Shown here piece by piece: positions 25,531 through 39,720 of a stretch of 64,000 nucleotides of DNA. Both the position numbers and the translations under genes were made by a program. The notes beneath the pieces are model-generated. The model was not told the origin of the DNA. It ran no database searches and was given only the letters and a program-made list of their open reading frames with translations. How positions within the stretch are numbered: position 1 is the first letter of the stretch; every line of letters begins with the position of its first letter. This stretch comes from Octopus sinensis (taxonomy: Eukaryota): contig NC_042997.1 of assembly GCF_006345805.1 (NCBI RefSeq), positions 96,782,001 to 96,846,000 on the forward strand, read 5' to 3'.

Positions 25531-26700
25531 TCAGGGTAGTCCTTCCTACGGATAGCATTGTAAATAGTTTCGCAATTATATCGTGCCTCAGGGGCAAATA
25601 GTATCCCATAGACATTTTGGGGCTGCTGATGATGTTATTGATGTCTTCCACATTGTTGTAACAGAGCCGACATTCTTTATCACAACATGGAGGTTTGGTG
25701 GTATGCTTATCCCTTTTGTTTATAGGTATTTAGTAGCTATCACCTGGTCCTGGATAGCGAAGTCATATCCTTCTATGTGGGATGTAATGTATCTACCGCA
25801 AGCCCAGAAGAGGCTACTCTTCATGTCAATGCTGTTGCTGCTTTCTAGCTTACGGCATATATAACCATGCATTGCTTCTTGTTGGTATTATGCTTGTTTT
25901 TTCTCCAAGCTCCTGTTTAGGTAGGTAAGTCCAGCCTTCTTTGGACCACATGGGAAAGTTGCATTTTCAGAGTACCTGCATAGCAGTTCATCTACTCTGA
26001 AGGTATTGTTGCTCTCACTATACAGTATAGATGGAATATACTTATTTTCCTTTCACTGTTCAGCTCGTGTTGTCTGAGTGTTACAATGCGATATTCAACG
26101 GTTGTTTGGACTAACTTTATGCCTCTACCGCCATCACTTCGTTTCACTTAATTCTTATCAGTGTCACTGTTAATATGGAAGCTGACAGTGTTGGGCAGTA
26201 CCTTCCTGGTTTTGATTTGCAAGCTGCATACATTATCGAATGCCCAACTAACACTGGTACTGCAAAAGCATTGTAACATATGATCTTGTTGATGCAGACA
26301 GCTCTGAGTTACTTTTTTTCCAGAGTCTACAGAAGTACTCATTCGTTATTCACAGTACCAATGTATGCAAAATTCTCATCAATTCTGAGGTAGCTTTCAT
26401 CTTTAGCAATAGGGGAGATAGATAAGCTGTCGATGTACATGTTCTCTGCCTGGTTGATGATATTTTCTCGGTTGACTATCATGTATGTGCATTTATCTTG
26501 CCAAAACTCCATTCATATATTTCGTGAGAATGTTGTGATTAGTTTTAATAGTCTCTTCATGCTGGTCATATTATGAGAATATAAATGTAGTTCATCAACA
26601 AAAAATGTGTGGGCAACATTAACTTTATTCTTTTCTGCATACCCTAGCATGTAGCTTTGGTATTTAGTTAACAGGGCTGACAAGGGATTCACTGTCAGTT
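25531..26700 (-). mobile_element. R4/Dong-type LINE remnant (RT domain to CCHC)
   Basis: HTFFVDELHLYS...LLKLITTFSRNI*MEFWQDKC (RT YADD-equivalent region); EDINNIISSPKMS..YYLPLRHDIIAK (CCHC with RHD); truncated at (GATA)n. Confidence 0.75.
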
Positions 26701-26721
26701 CTAAAATTACATATAAACTAT

Positions 26722-26806
26722 CATTATTTACAATTGACGGATATTTGTCCTCATCTTCTTTGTTGTTAACACAACGTTTCGGCTGATATACCCTCCAGCC
26801 TACATC
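26722..26806 (-). repeat. Inverted partial copy of the HHR-like tail at 27832-27925
   Basis: Minus strand ggctggagggtatatcagccGAAACGTTgtgttaacaac...gatgaggacaaatatccgtc matches 27845-27925. Confidence 0.8.
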
Positions 26807-26823
26807 ACTACACCACATTCCCA

Positions 26824-27015
<192 letters not shown>

Positions 27016-27020
27016 TGATG

Positions 27021-27070
<50 letters not shown>

Positions 27071-27093
27071 GAGGAGGAGGAGGAGGAGGAGGA

Positions 27094-27651
27094 TAAATTC
27101 CCTGATGCGGTACCAGACAATGGCTTCATGTCTTCTGATCTTAACTGATTGGAAGTGTTATCATGTTCATTGTTTTGCTTTGGTAGAAAAGATGAGCTAC
27201 AGCAAAAATTCTGCTCAATACCACCGATTTGCTTGTCAGTTATTTGACCTTAACAAGTTGAGCATGTCCCTTAGAGGCTGACAGTATGTGCATCTGTGAT
27301 CATGAGCAGAAATAGTGGGAGAGCATCATAGCCATGTGCTGAGAGGAATTCTTGGAGGTTCGGATAATTCACTTTTGGAAACATGGGTGTTCCGTTCAAC
27401 ATCCTTAACGAACCCTTATTCAGGGACCTTTTGAGCGGTATGGGCAACTTGACCAGAAGAAAATTCTAACTAGGTCCCACCTGCAAGGTCATGCGCTGTT
27501 TATCTTCATATGAGATTACCATTTCGCGCACATATGGTTGTGATGCATATGCCTGGTGTACCCTTATCAGACGGGTAGTCATGGTGGGTATACTGGGCTT
27601 CGTATATTTTACGCCAATGTCACTTTGATGGCATGCACTGCTCTCTCAATC

Positions 27652-27655
<4 letters not shown>
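27094..27655 (+). repeat. Repeat family C, longer copy, embedded in (AAT)n
   Basis: Homologous to 21795-22200; (AAT)n on both sides. Confidence 0.7.
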
Positions 27656-27735
<80 letters not shown>

Positions 27736-27831
27736 CATTATTATTATATTATTATTATTATTATTATAGTATTAACAACAACATCGAAAAATACCATTGG
27801 AATGAAAACCCAGGGCTCGAAATTTCCCCAA

Positions 27832-27876
27832 GACACTTCATGAAGGCCGAAGGGTATATATCAGCCGAAACGTGTT
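27832..27876 (+). ncRNA. Degenerate minimal HHR-like motif
   Basis: gacac-TTCATGA-a-ggc..agcc-GAAAC-GT-gtt; the inverted copy preserves GAAACGTT-gtgtt, which pairs with gacac; the core is mutated here. Confidence 0.5.
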
Positions 27877-28139
27877 AACAACAAATAAGATGAGGACAAA
27901 TATCCGTCTATTGTAAATAATGTAAATAAATAATGTACATAATTCCTAAGCTCTTAGATATAGAACTATATAAACTGTCACCCTGAAATATATCTATGTA
28001 TGTATGTATTAAAAGACAAATCTTTATATACACCGAATACTGTGTTATTTAACTTGGGGAAACGTGTCATATCGACGCATGACACACAAAAGTGTAAATA
28101 TATCGTTGGAAGACGAGAATAGTCTGCTCCAGCACCTGA

Positions 28140-28295
28140 GCCACCGAAGTATGCTGAGGCAACGTCTTCAAAAATTTTAGTCGAATAAATCGACTCCAGT
28201 ACATTTCTTAATCCTGTACTTTTTTGCTGAACTGTCATATTACGAGGTCGTAAATACACCAGTTGCCAAGGGGTAGTGGGGAACAAACACAGACA
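28140..28295 (-). mobile_element. SINE family A, old diverged 3' part
   Basis: ttttagtcgaataaatcgactccagtac...aaatacacc...ggggaacaaacacagacac. Confidence 0.5.
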
Positions 28296-28779
28296 CATTA
28301 CTCAAAAGAGAAAATATACATAAAGCTACAAATAACCCAAAGCGAAAACTTTTGTGCAGATATTTGTCAAAATAAATTATAAATTTCGTGTGTCTGTGTA
28401 TATGTAACATTTCTATTTGTACAAGAGATTTATTCAAAATCTAAGACGAAAATGAGAAGTTTCCAGTAAGTTCTTCTGCGTAGTGAAACAACGGGAAACC
28501 AACTTATATATTATTTATCTACTCATCTGTTTCTATACCGATAGATATACTCACACACGTATGGATATACATACATATATATCTATATGTACCTACATAT
28601 AAAAATATAAAAATATATATACATATATATGCATACACACATACATAAATATACATATATACACATACGTACATATACCTACACACATATATATATACAC
28701 ATATGCATACATACATATAAATATATACATATATCTGTAGGCATACATAAACATTTATATATATGCACATACATATATT

Positions 28780-28823
<44 letters not shown>

Positions 28824-29083
28824 ATATGTATATATATATATTAAAATCTTAGGGTAGCAAGAATATTCATCGAAAAATTCCTAGTTACCAATAGTCTAGC
28901 AAGAAAGAAAAAAATTAGTCAATAAACTATATATTATTCAAAGAAGAATACAGTGTACGTTTAAACACAAAAGAGATACCCGAAGAATAGGATGTCTGAC
29001 ACGCCAGAAAGATCAGTTAAAACTCCAAGCCACCAATTGTTGTAATTCTGAAAGTGATTAAAAAATAAAAAAACTTTTACCTT

Positions 29084-29175
29084 AATCCTAGACCCTGCAA
29101 GGTTTCTGCAGACTTAAATACAGACTGAAATAAAATAATCTCAGCCTATATCTGGCGCTGCTTCTTCAGTAGGTT
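29084..29175 (-). ncRNA. Type I hammerhead with extended stem II
   Basis: ccta-CTGAAGA-a-gcag...long hairpin...ctgc-a-GAAAC-cttgcagg-GTC-tagg. Confidence 0.75.
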
Positions 29176-29747
29176 GCCAGGACTGAACACATAGGCACGG
29201 AGCGATAAATAACCCGTCACGTGTCTATAGGTTCTAATTTTTCGAATCTACCACGCAGAAGCAGAACTGAACCAGCACTAATAAAATATATTGCCGAGTT
29301 TCTTCCAGAATTAGCCTAAAAACATGTTATCATTAATTAAAATCTTAGGGTAGCAAGAATTATTTTCCAATCACTTTCGGAATTACAACAATTGGTGGCT
29401 TGGAGTTTTAACTGCTATTTCTTGCGAGTCAGATATCCTATTCTTCGGGTATCTATTTTGTGTTTGAGCGTACACTGTATTCTTCTTTGAATAATATATA
29501 GTCTATTGACTAATTTTTTCTTTCTCGCTAGACCACTGGTAACTAAGAATTTTTCAATGAATATTCTTGCTACCCTAAGATTTTAATTAATGATAGAATG
29601 CTTTTTGGGTAATTCTGGAAGAAACTCGGCAATATATTTTATTAATGCTGGTTGAGTTCCGCTTCTGTGTGGTACATTCGAAAAATTAGAACCTATAGAC
29701 ACGTGGCGGGTTATTTATCGCTCCATGCCTATGTGTTCAGTCCTGGC

Positions 29748-29839
29748 AATCTATTGAAGAAGCAGCGCCAGATATAGGCTGAGATTATTTTATTTCAGTC
29801 TATATTTAAGTCTGCAGAAACCTTGCAGGGTCTAAGATT
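29748..29839 (+). ncRNA. Type I hammerhead copy with a C3U core change
   Basis: aatcta-TTGAAGA...GAAACcttgcaggGTC-taagatt. Confidence 0.6.
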
Positions 29840-30157
29840 AAGGTAAAAGTATTTATTTTCCAATCACTCTCAGAATTACAACAATTGGTGGCTTGGAGTT
29901 TTAACTGCTTATATATATACACACATATATATATATATAATCAATATAAGGGTAGCAAAAAATTCAAGAGAAATTTTTTCGCCACCAGCGGTCCAGTGCG
30001 AAAGAAAAAATAGTCAACAGACTATATAATACATTCAACAATATTAAGGAATGGCCTTGATAGGCCATTCGACCCACTAGAAAGAGCAGCTAGACTCAAA
30101 CCGCTCAATAGTAGTAATTCAGAAACCAAAGGAAAATAAAAACATTTACCCTTATCA

Positions 30158-30255
30158 TCTTTGGACTATGCATAGTGTCGACATACATATTTGCAAACCG
30201 ATTTAATTAAATTAAATTAAATCTATTTGCTACTGGCCTGTCTCATCAGCAAAGA
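30158..30255 (-). ncRNA. Type I hammerhead copy (GAAA mutated to GACA)
   Basis: tctttg-CTGATGA-gaca...tgtc-GACAC-tatgcata-GTC-caaaga. Confidence 0.6.
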
Positions 30256-30788
30256 AGCCAGGGAAATATATATCCACGAGCGACAGCATCGACGCCTTGA
30301 GAATATATATTCTAAATTTTCAAAATCTACCGTCACCGCGCCAACTTATCAGCAGCAAATATAAACTGCTGATTTAATTTCAGAATTAGTCAAAAAATCA
30401 TTAATTAATCAATATAAGGGTAGCAAAAATTTCAAGAGAAATTTTTTTCGCCACAATATTTCGCCACATTCAACAATATTAAGGAATGGCCTTGATAGGC
30501 CATTCGACCCACTAGAAGGAGCAGCTAAACTCCAACCGCTAAATAGTAGTAATTCAGAAACCAAAGGAAAATAAAAACATTTACCCTTATCATCAAAAAA
30601 ATTTCTCTTGAATTTTTTGGTACCCTTATATTGATCAATTAATGATTTTTTGACTAATTCTGAAATTAAATCAGCAGTTTATATTTGCTGCTGATAAGTT
30701 GGCGCGGTGACGGTAGATTTTGATAATTTAGAATATATATTCTCAAGGCGTCGATGCTGTCGCCTCGTGGATATATATTTCCCTGGCT

Positions 30789-30886
30789 TCTTTGCTGACG
30801 AGACAGGCCAGTGGCAAATAGATTTAATTTAATTTAATTAAATCGGTTTGCCAATATGTATGTCGAAACCATGCATAGTCCAAAGA
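30789..30886 (+). ncRNA. Type I hammerhead with canonical core and extended stem II
   Basis: tctttg-CTGACGA-gaca...tgtc-GAAAC-catgcata-GTC-caaaga; G10.1-C11.1 pair and GUC triplet. Confidence 0.85.
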
Positions 30887-31015
30887 TGATAAGGGTAAAT
30901 TTTTATTTTCCTTTGGTTTCTGAATTACTACTATTTAGCGGTTTGAGTTAGCTGCTCTTTCTAGTGGTCGAATGGCCTATCAAGACCATTCCTTAATATT
31001 GTTGAACATATATAT

Positions 31016-31081
<66 letters not shown>

Positions 31082-31388
31082 ATACATGCACAATTTCTAA
31101 TGTACATAATTCTTGGAGGTTCGGATAATTCACCTTTGGAAACATGGGTGTTTCGTTCAACATCCTTAAATAATCTGAGATTTTTCTTGAGAGCACACCC
31201 TTCGAGGCATGGTGATTTGACGTCTATCTTTTGCATATTAGCAATCTACATTAGTGGTCATTCGTCTTATTAATTGTAATATAATTTTTAAATCACCTGA
31301 TTTTTTAAAAATATGCATCAATTTCTACACTCATTATTTGATATATATATATATGTACATACATATATATATATATAGATATAGATAC

Positions 31389-31433
<45 letters not shown>

Positions 31434-31457
31434 GTGTGTGTGTGTGTGTATGTATGT

Positions 31458-31547
<90 letters not shown>

Positions 31548-31550
<3 letters not shown>

Positions 31551-32812
31551 TTGCGGCCAAAATATTCAGAACGGCATTGTTTTCGTCAGAAAAGTAAGTA
31601 TACGTTTTTATCAAAGTAGTTTTATATTCTATAATTTTCACAGACAATAAATACAATATTAATTGTTATTGTCTGAGATTTTGGTGTAATTTGAGAGGAT
31701 AATACAAGGTTATGGATGATTTAGTGATTTTCTGCAAAATCCCATGGCGACCAAAATTATCAGAACGGTTGAAAAAATAATAAAATAATCAAAAATGACA
31801 GAGAATACTGGAATTATTTAATATTTAGTGTGAAGCCCTTTACCTTCAATCGCACTCTGACATCTTCGACTGCATGAGGAAATTAAATTTTCAATTTCTT
31901 GCTGGGTGATCTTATTCCATTCTTCCTGAAGGGCATTCCATAATTGCTCAGTTGTTTTAGGATTTCTGGCTTTCGAACGTTCTCCTAGAATATTCCACAC
32001 ATTTTCAATAGGATTGAGATCTGGGATTTGAGCAGGCCAATCCATAACAATAACCTTTTCAGCCTTGAGGAAGTTCATGACCATTTTAGCCTTGTGACAT
32101 GGGGCATTGTCCTGCATGAATATGGGTGGTCGCTTAGTTGAATTTCTCAGCACAGGCAAGACATGATCTTTTACAAGTTCTTTATAAACTCCTGCATTTA
32201 CCTTTTCATGTAATCGCACCAAAGGGCGACGAGACACAGTTTTTCGAGATAAAGTTTTCTTCAATACAATGCTCATTTTCCGAGAAACAGCAGCAGCAGT
32301 TTTAAATCTGTCCTTTTTAACCAACTTTACCATAGCACGATCTTCTCTCTTGGTCGTTTTTCTTGGCCTACCTGTAAACTTTCTTGCTTTACACGAACCA
32401 CAATCATCGTAGACCTTAAGAATACCGTGTAATAATCTGCTGACGAATTGGTAACGGAGTAAGTGGCATTATATTAACAAAGTACACTGCAAATATTCTT
32501 ACTAATGTTTAGTAAAGGAACCGTCACATAAACAAATTCAAAACATTAGATTTCGCCGGTTAAATATACTAAAGCACAGAGTAAAAGCAACCGTTCTAAT
32601 CCTTTTGGGCGCCATGAGTTTTGCAGTAAATCACTAAATCATCCATAACTTTTGTATTATCCTCTCAAATTACACCAAAATCTCAGGCAATAATAAATAA
32701 TATCGTATTTATTGTCTGTGAAAATTATAGAATATAAAACAACTTTGATAAAAAAATTATATCTACTTTTCTGACTAAATCAATGCCATTCTGAACATTT
32801 TGGCCGCCACTG
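31548..32812 (-). mobile_element. Tc1-family transposon (DD34E) with ~225-bp IR/DR-type inverted repeats, internally deleted, inserted in (TA)n
   Basis: TIRs cagttgcggccaaaat.../...ttttggccgccactg with TA flanks; ORF 31818-32333 QDNAPCH...WPAQIPDLNPIE has 34 residues between D and E; the first catalytic D region is missing. Confidence 0.92.
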
Positions 32813-32849
<37 letters not shown>

Positions 32850-32978
32850 AAAAATACTGTTTTGTTGATGTTGAAATTCCAATGAAGAAGCCTTGGATCT
32901 AGGTTAGAAACCAGCTCTTTCTCTATTGGCAAGAAAACTTGAACTAAAACTGAACAATGACATACATACATACATACA

Positions 32979-33009
<31 letters not shown>

Positions 33010-33569
33010 TTGTGCTTTACGAAGCGAAGGAAAGAAGTAGGAACGAAAGACTGAACTGCATTCAGAAATTAAAACTTGAATTACAAATCGTCTATTTTAT
33101 TTTTCTCAGTATGATGGATAGAATAAACTGTATAGTTCGAAATACTTTCCCTAACATATACACTTTATAAATATCTTTACGTATACACACGTTTATATAT
33201 GTAAACAGGCTCGCACCTATGTGCATGTGTGTGTGGTTTTTCATTAAAAGTGCATGAGGCAAATCGATTGACAATGGCATAAGAGTATCGAAAATTATTT
33301 GTAATTGTCGGTTACTTTGCATTTAATGAATATTTTATTCGGTCACTAAATTTATTGCAGTCTTTCGTGCATGATCTGTTTCTTCATTTCCCTCATTTAC
33401 TTAAAAGTGCATTTTCAATAACATATGCATACATAGAAACTCGTACATACATACGTGTACCCAGATACATGTCTGCATGTACAAACATACCCCACCACAC
33501 GACCACACACACATACACATACATACATACATGCATGCATACATACATACATACATACATACATACATG

Positions 33570-33600
<31 letters not shown>

Positions 33601-33669
33601 GCATACATGCATACATACAGACATACAGGCATACATACATACATACATACATACAGACATAGATAGATA

Positions 33670-34187
33670 TGTTTCTTTATTAGCCACACAGGGCTGCACA
33701 CAGACAGAACAAATTACAAGGTAGAGCTTTTCTTTTGGGGGTAAAAAAGGAGGCTGGTTTTCGATCAAAAGGGATCGTAAAAGGAAAGAAAGAGGACAAA
33801 AAAGGGGAGGATTTTTTTTTAAAAAGGGGGAGAGAGGGAAAAAAAAGAAAAGGGGAGAGGAAAAAAAAAAGTTGATCAATAGGGATCGTAATCACAGAAA
33901 TGTCAATATGAAGTGTAAAGGGGAGGACAGGTGAGGTTTACCCGTGGAAGGAAAAGCCTACGGAAAAGACCACGGTAACCTCGGTCAATGAAGTCACATG
34001 TTATATTTCTTTTTTTTTTGCAAATAAGCAACTCTCTGTATTAATTTTTACGGTTCATAAAATCATAGTCAAGGTGGCTTCGTCATTCATACGTGCCATC
34101 CTTGCTACATTCACCCATCTTTTTTTAAAACATTCACTAGACAAAACTTGCCTCTCTACTCTCACTTTCCTCTTCAAGTGATACTTG

Positions 34188-34189
<2 letters not shown>
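33670..34189 (-). mobile_element. 5'-truncated L1/Tx1 3' end flanked by (GATA)n
   Basis: [31 protein letters not shown]2 end; 3' UTR ends aataaagaaaca; highly similar to 61788-62300. Confidence 0.8.
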
Positions 34190-34229
<40 letters not shown>

Positions 34230-35451
34230 CAGGGGCAAAATAATGGAAACATCTAACATCATTGCATCATAATATTGAAATATCTATAAAACCGTCAAAA
34301 GCTTGTTTCTTTTATGTTTTTTATTTATTAATGTTACTTAATATGTTTTGCTAAAATTGCTGTTTCTTTTCAGATATCAACAGAAAAAGGTAATTAAAAT
34401 TCATTAAAATGACAGATCTATCGGACTTTCAAAGAGGTTAAATTGTTGCTGCTCGTTTGGCAGGCGCTAGCGTAACGAAAACAGCCGAAATATTTGGTGT
34501 ATCATGAAATACTCTCTCGAAAGTAATGACAGCAGTTGAGAAAGAGAGAAAACCTCCTCGTCAAAACAAAATTCTGGAAGCAAACCAAAACTTTCAGATA
34601 GGGACCGTCGGACTCTTACGTGAATTGTTGGAAAGGTTCACAAAAGTACGGGTCTCAAAATTACTGTAGAGCTTAATGACCACCTCGAGGACCCAGTTTC
34701 CACAAAAATTGTTCGGATTTCACGGGAGAATGCAACCAGAAAACCACTATTTTCAAAAACAAACGTTGCAAAGCGTTTGGAGTGGAGTAAATTCCTACAG
34801 AATTGGCCCCTAGAGTAGTAGAAGCATGTTATTTTCTCGAACGAGTTATCCTTTACCTTATTTCCAACCATCGGCCGAGTATATATGTGGAAACAGCCAA
34901 AAGAAGCATTTGAGCGAGACTGCCTTCTTCCAAATGTTAAACATGGAGGAAGATCTGTGATGATCTGTTGGGGGCTATATCTTGGAAATCCGCCGGCCCA
35001 ATGGCCTTCCCTTCATAGCAGAATTAATAGTCAAATCTATTTAAACATTTTATCTGATCAAATTCATCCTATTGTTTCAGAACTGTTTCCGGAGGGAAAT
35101 GCAATCTTTCACACAGCTAAAGTTGTGACTGAATGGCATGAGGAACATTCTAGTGAAGTTGAACATCTTATCTGGCCACCACAGTACCCAGATCTCAATA
35201 TTATTTAACAATTATGGTGCATTTTAGAGAAACAAATAAGGAATCGATAATCTTCACCATCATCACTACATGAACTTGAGACTGTTTTAGCTGAAGAATG
35301 GACGAAAATTCCTTTGGAAACAATTCAATCTTTGTACGAGTCCATACGTCATATAATTCAAGATGTAATTACTGCCAAAGGCCGTCCTACCCCATATTAA
35401 AATGAATTTGTTTGAAATTTTAATGCGTTCCATTATTCTGTCCAACCCCAG
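34230..35451 (+). mobile_element. Degenerate Tc1-family transposon inserted at a TA in (GATA)n
   Basis: Degenerate TIRs with TA flanks; MTDLSDFQRG*IVAARLAGASVTKTAE.FGVS, VKHGGRSVMICWG, HLIWPPQYPDLNII; stops and frameshifts. Confidence 0.88.
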
Positions 35452-35628
35452 TAGATAGATAGACAGACAGACATGCAGACAGACAAACAGACAGTAGAGA
35501 TAGATATACTGTTAATAAACTAGATAGATTTCGAGAATTATTTCTAATTGTCGGTTACTTTGCATTTAATGAATATTTTATTCGACCACTAAATTTATTG
35601 CAGCCTTTTATGCATGATCTGTTTCTTC

Positions 35629-35704
<76 letters not shown>

Positions 35705-36599
35705 ACAGAGAAAAATGTGCGCGCATGTTTATGTATTACTATTTATAAGCATATTACAGTTTATATCTGTATACATATATACACACATGCAAACACGCAT
35801 ACTCTTATATTCCTTGGTCTTACCAAGCCTTCCATAGTTAACTCTTTACATATCATGCTCTATTTTGGCATTTGCTCATACATGTCCCATCGCAAACCAG
35901 ATCAAAGGCTGTCGTACATTAATGCAATACAATAATTAATACAATAGTTCTTGTATTTTATTCTTCTAACAGGCCGCCAGCATTTTCTTTATTAAAGTTT
36001 AGAGTTGGGGTTCAAAATGTTACTGAATTTAATAAGGAAACGATATAACATAAAAGCATTCGACTTGTAGAATGATCTTGAATATCAACTTCTAATTTTT
36101 CATTAAAAAATCATGCATAAATTTAATGAAATACTTCCTGAAGTAACATCTTTTCATCAAGGCATATAATATGCTATTCCGTTTTATTGAATAGTTTAAA
36201 AGTATATTTATTTGAAATTAAAAAAAAATTGAAATGTATGTCAGCCAGTAATATACATACCATTCACAAACTAGAATTGATTTAACAAACATTTTAAGAA
36301 TTGAACTCATTTTCGTAGAATGCTTCTACTATTTTTGTTTTATTTATTAATAATTCCAGGGAATTATGATATTGTCATAATAGTTTGCAGAGCAATTGGC
36401 ACTCAAGTTTAGTGATTATTTGGTGTTATTACAGTAGTTCTGTTATGTTTGGAAGTTTTTAAATTGCGATTATAAGGGAAAATATAATTCTAAAATGATG
36501 TAGTGCAGTGAAGGAGATATTAGAAATGTTAGTACAAAATATACGAGACAGCATCGGTGAAAGTGGAGTTGCGGGTATAGTAAGCTGCGATGTTTAAGA

Positions 36600-37250
36600 G
36601 AGCAAAGCGTCATTGTATTCATTTCAAACGATATGCTACCTGAGCCCATCGTCTTACATCAACACAACCAGCTTGAGCCTTTACAAAACCTTGCACAATT
36701 TCATACGCAGGTACCTTCATAGTCAGGTCACTACGCCATTCTTCGTAAAAATAAAAGATATCAATTAGTTCCACTAAAATATCAATCACTTGTAAATTTG
36801 GTTAACATTATTAGCTGTGAAATCCAACTCTTCTTACGATCTTACCAACGCTTTCTTACGATCAACATCAAAGAATGGATATGACGGAACACTATTCTCA
36901 ACAATATAAACATACAAGAACAGATGACTAAAATAAAGGGAATTACCTATAATATCATTACAGCATTTACAACACTCTTAGAACACATAGTAAAGAAAAG
37001 TAAGTCGCATACCGACATACTTAGGGCAAATGCAGCACAATTAGCCAACACAAAGAAATCACAAAACTAGTTTATTAACAATGTATTAATTAACTCCATC
37101 ATTGATTATGCCCATTCTTCTTGACTTCCAAACTTTCGTCAGCAAACTACAAAAACCGAAAACCGTGTAATTAACCATCATGGATCACACAAAGATCATG
37201 CCTACACACAAGCCACATTATAATACGGAAATTAGCGAACAAGCATGGAA
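36600..37250 (+). mobile_element. Highly decayed LINE post-RT remnant (possibly I/Jockey-like)
   Basis: LINSIIDYAHSS*LP...K..NRV resembles IRS.IDYA..W.P; otherwise weak. Confidence 0.3.
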
Positions 37251-39469
37251 TAGAGTTTGCTGCCGCTGGAAGCAGTAATCTTCACCATCCGAGTTATTAT
37301 ATGTTCAATTATTTCGAAATACCATGACACATAAAATATCGCACCAAAGCAACTTCTTAAACCACTAGTTCCAGGTTACTCAGTTCGAACATTCACATAA
37401 AAACAGCACAGCCCGAAACACTGTGATCGAATGTGGAACCAAAGCAGTGCACTCGCATAGAATAAAGCAATGCATGATGAGAGCTCAGAATTTCATTCCA
37501 TTAGACGGAGGAATATCCAGAACAATAATTTTGTGTTTCAAAATCTGGTCAAACGAACGAAAACTGAATTGGTGTATGTATACTGAATCAAGCTGAGCTA
37601 AACATCATGAACACAGCAACAAGAAATCTCTTCAAAAAGGGTGTCAATTTTCCCACTAGTATGTTTTATACGAAAAGAAAGCTAAGTTACACTGAGATTG
37701 TATTCTATAAATGGCATCTGCAAAGCTACTACCGTTGCAAGATATGACGGAATTAAAAATCGTGTTATAAAATCTTTATTTTTATCACCATATCATCTAT
37801 GGTGTTTGCATTCTTTATCTATTTATGTATGTAAGACCAAGATTATAGGAAAAGGAGAGTTTATGCCAATCATACCTTATCCGATAGCTTTGCGGCATAG
37901 AAAAGTGATATGGTTTCAGCAGGAAATACCACTGGCACATAAGATACCGGACATTATTTAGATAGTTCTTACGTCTATTCTATCACCATTGTCAGCGTTC
38001 GTGTCATCGGGCAGTTGTGAAAAGTGTTATGGTTGAGGAAACAAAATATCCTTAAGATTGTGTGTTAGCGCTGCCATGAAATTATATTTCTGGAAGATTG
38101 TACTAATTATAATTGGCTAAGTTTTTCCTATCATTTAAAGTTTAACATTCTAACTTTTACCTTGGTGTATAATTTTCGACAGACAAGTCTGAAAACATAG
38201 TTCGGTAAGAATTGAAGTTAGTACATTTGAGTTATATGAATATTTTTCTCGAGAAAAGAAATGGGACACACGAGATAATTTCATTGCCCTTAAGATGCCA
38301 TTATTGCACTCATAATGATACTAAACTGCACACGGTTATAAGTGAAATGTTCCGTAACATATTACGATTGAAATTTTCTTTTCGTTGCTTCTATCGTTGA
38401 TGATTTTGGAATAGCAATATCTCTTATTGGACAAAAGTTTAAATATCAGGTTATAGAAGTATATTAAATAAGTAGTAACATCTTATTTTAGAAATTACCT
38501 TTTTGCAATACATTTGCGTAACATTGAAATTGAGAGCAGTATGGTAAAAGTGTAACGTAAAAGTCTATATAGTATAGAGAATATAATTTCATAGAGTAAT
38601 ATTATAGCGATTTGAGTGGTTCGAACATATTCTAACCTATCTATAGTTGAAACAAAATTTACGATCTGCTTCAAGACATCCATAACCTGTCATATTTCAA
38701 TATAGGAATTTTATTAACTGTGTCAGGTGTTGGATTGTGCAAGAGACATTGTTCGCTCTGCTTTGTTGCAATAGTTCCACTTAAAGCTGGAATGTAATGA
38801 TTAATAATATAATGAAAATGACGTAATACGCCTACGTCCGCATAGATGTATAGATGTACATATATATATATGTATGTGTATATCCATCCCTATATATACA
38901 TATGCATTACTCACACAGATATATTTATTGACAGCAACGGATTATTTTCGTGTTCTAAAATCATCACCTAACAGAATAATCGATTATATAGTGATACCCG
39001 AATGAGATGCAGGATTTAAATTTTAAATATCAATTTAAATATCAAGCTAACAAGTGCTGGTGGTACCGCGAACTGTGAAATATTCTAAACGCGTCCAGCT
39101 CCTTCTCTTCGTGAAAGTAATTCACAAAGTACACAAAAAAACAGTAAGAATTAGTACTCATTGCATATTAATATGATAACTTGCTAAAATTAATCCAAAA
39201 CTGATATAAATGAAATCCATGTAAATCTCAAAACTGTTATGAAGTGATTAGGTAGCACTGAAATAAAATAAAATATAGAAATTGGTATACAAAATCTACG
39301 AATCACTTCATACGCTAGTGTGAAAATAATAGATGTGCTTATCCGGGATTACCGAGAATACTACGAAGCAAACGAGTATGCCTGGAAGAATATTTGATAA
39401 GATTTAGGCCTTTTCCGATCGAGCTATTGCTCTGTTTATGCCGAATAACTGTCGAGGGCTCCTGACCTA

Positions 39470-39720
39470 TAGCTAGGGTATTGCACTCATGATCGCGAGA
39501 TCCTGGTTCCAGTTCCAGGAGAGTCGTTGCGTTTTGTTGTTAAGCAAACATTTCGTCTTGCGTTGCTCTGCGATTACTTCGACATCTTACATGTTACACC
39601 GTGCACCTGTTCAGGTAATGTAGAGAACGAGATAATGTACACCACAAACATTTCAACACTATAAACAAATAGTTCATGCCGGTTGTTCAACAAGAAATTG
39701 CAGAACTGTCTTTCTCGGAC
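39470..39720 (+). mobile_element. SINE family D, old diverged copy
   Basis: tRNA-like head (gatcgcgagatcctggttccagttcc) followed by ttgttaagcaaacattt, resembling ttcttgagcaagacacttt of family D. Confidence 0.4.

Larger units (their letters stand above)
28841..29911. mobile_element. Head-to-head inverted tandem array of ~495-nt HHR units between (TA)n tracts
   Basis: Minus arm 28841-29360 (period 496) and plus arm 29361-29911 (period 493); arms differ by many substitutions. Confidence 0.9.
29938..31006. mobile_element. Head-to-head inverted tandem array of ~468-nt HHR units (related to the family at 1-1665) between (TA)n tracts
   Basis: Minus arm 29938-30594 (taatcaatataaggg at 29938 and 30406) and plus arm 30595-31006; shares gaatggcctat..cc.ttcctt.at and ccagcgg.c.agtg blocks with the 1-1665 unit. 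Confidence 0.9.

Noticed and set aside
38690-39410. Short protein-like frames next to AG/GT sites (for example VLIRDYREYYEANEYAWKNI*)
   Set aside because: No recognisable homology, weak splice signals and no consistent multi-exon model
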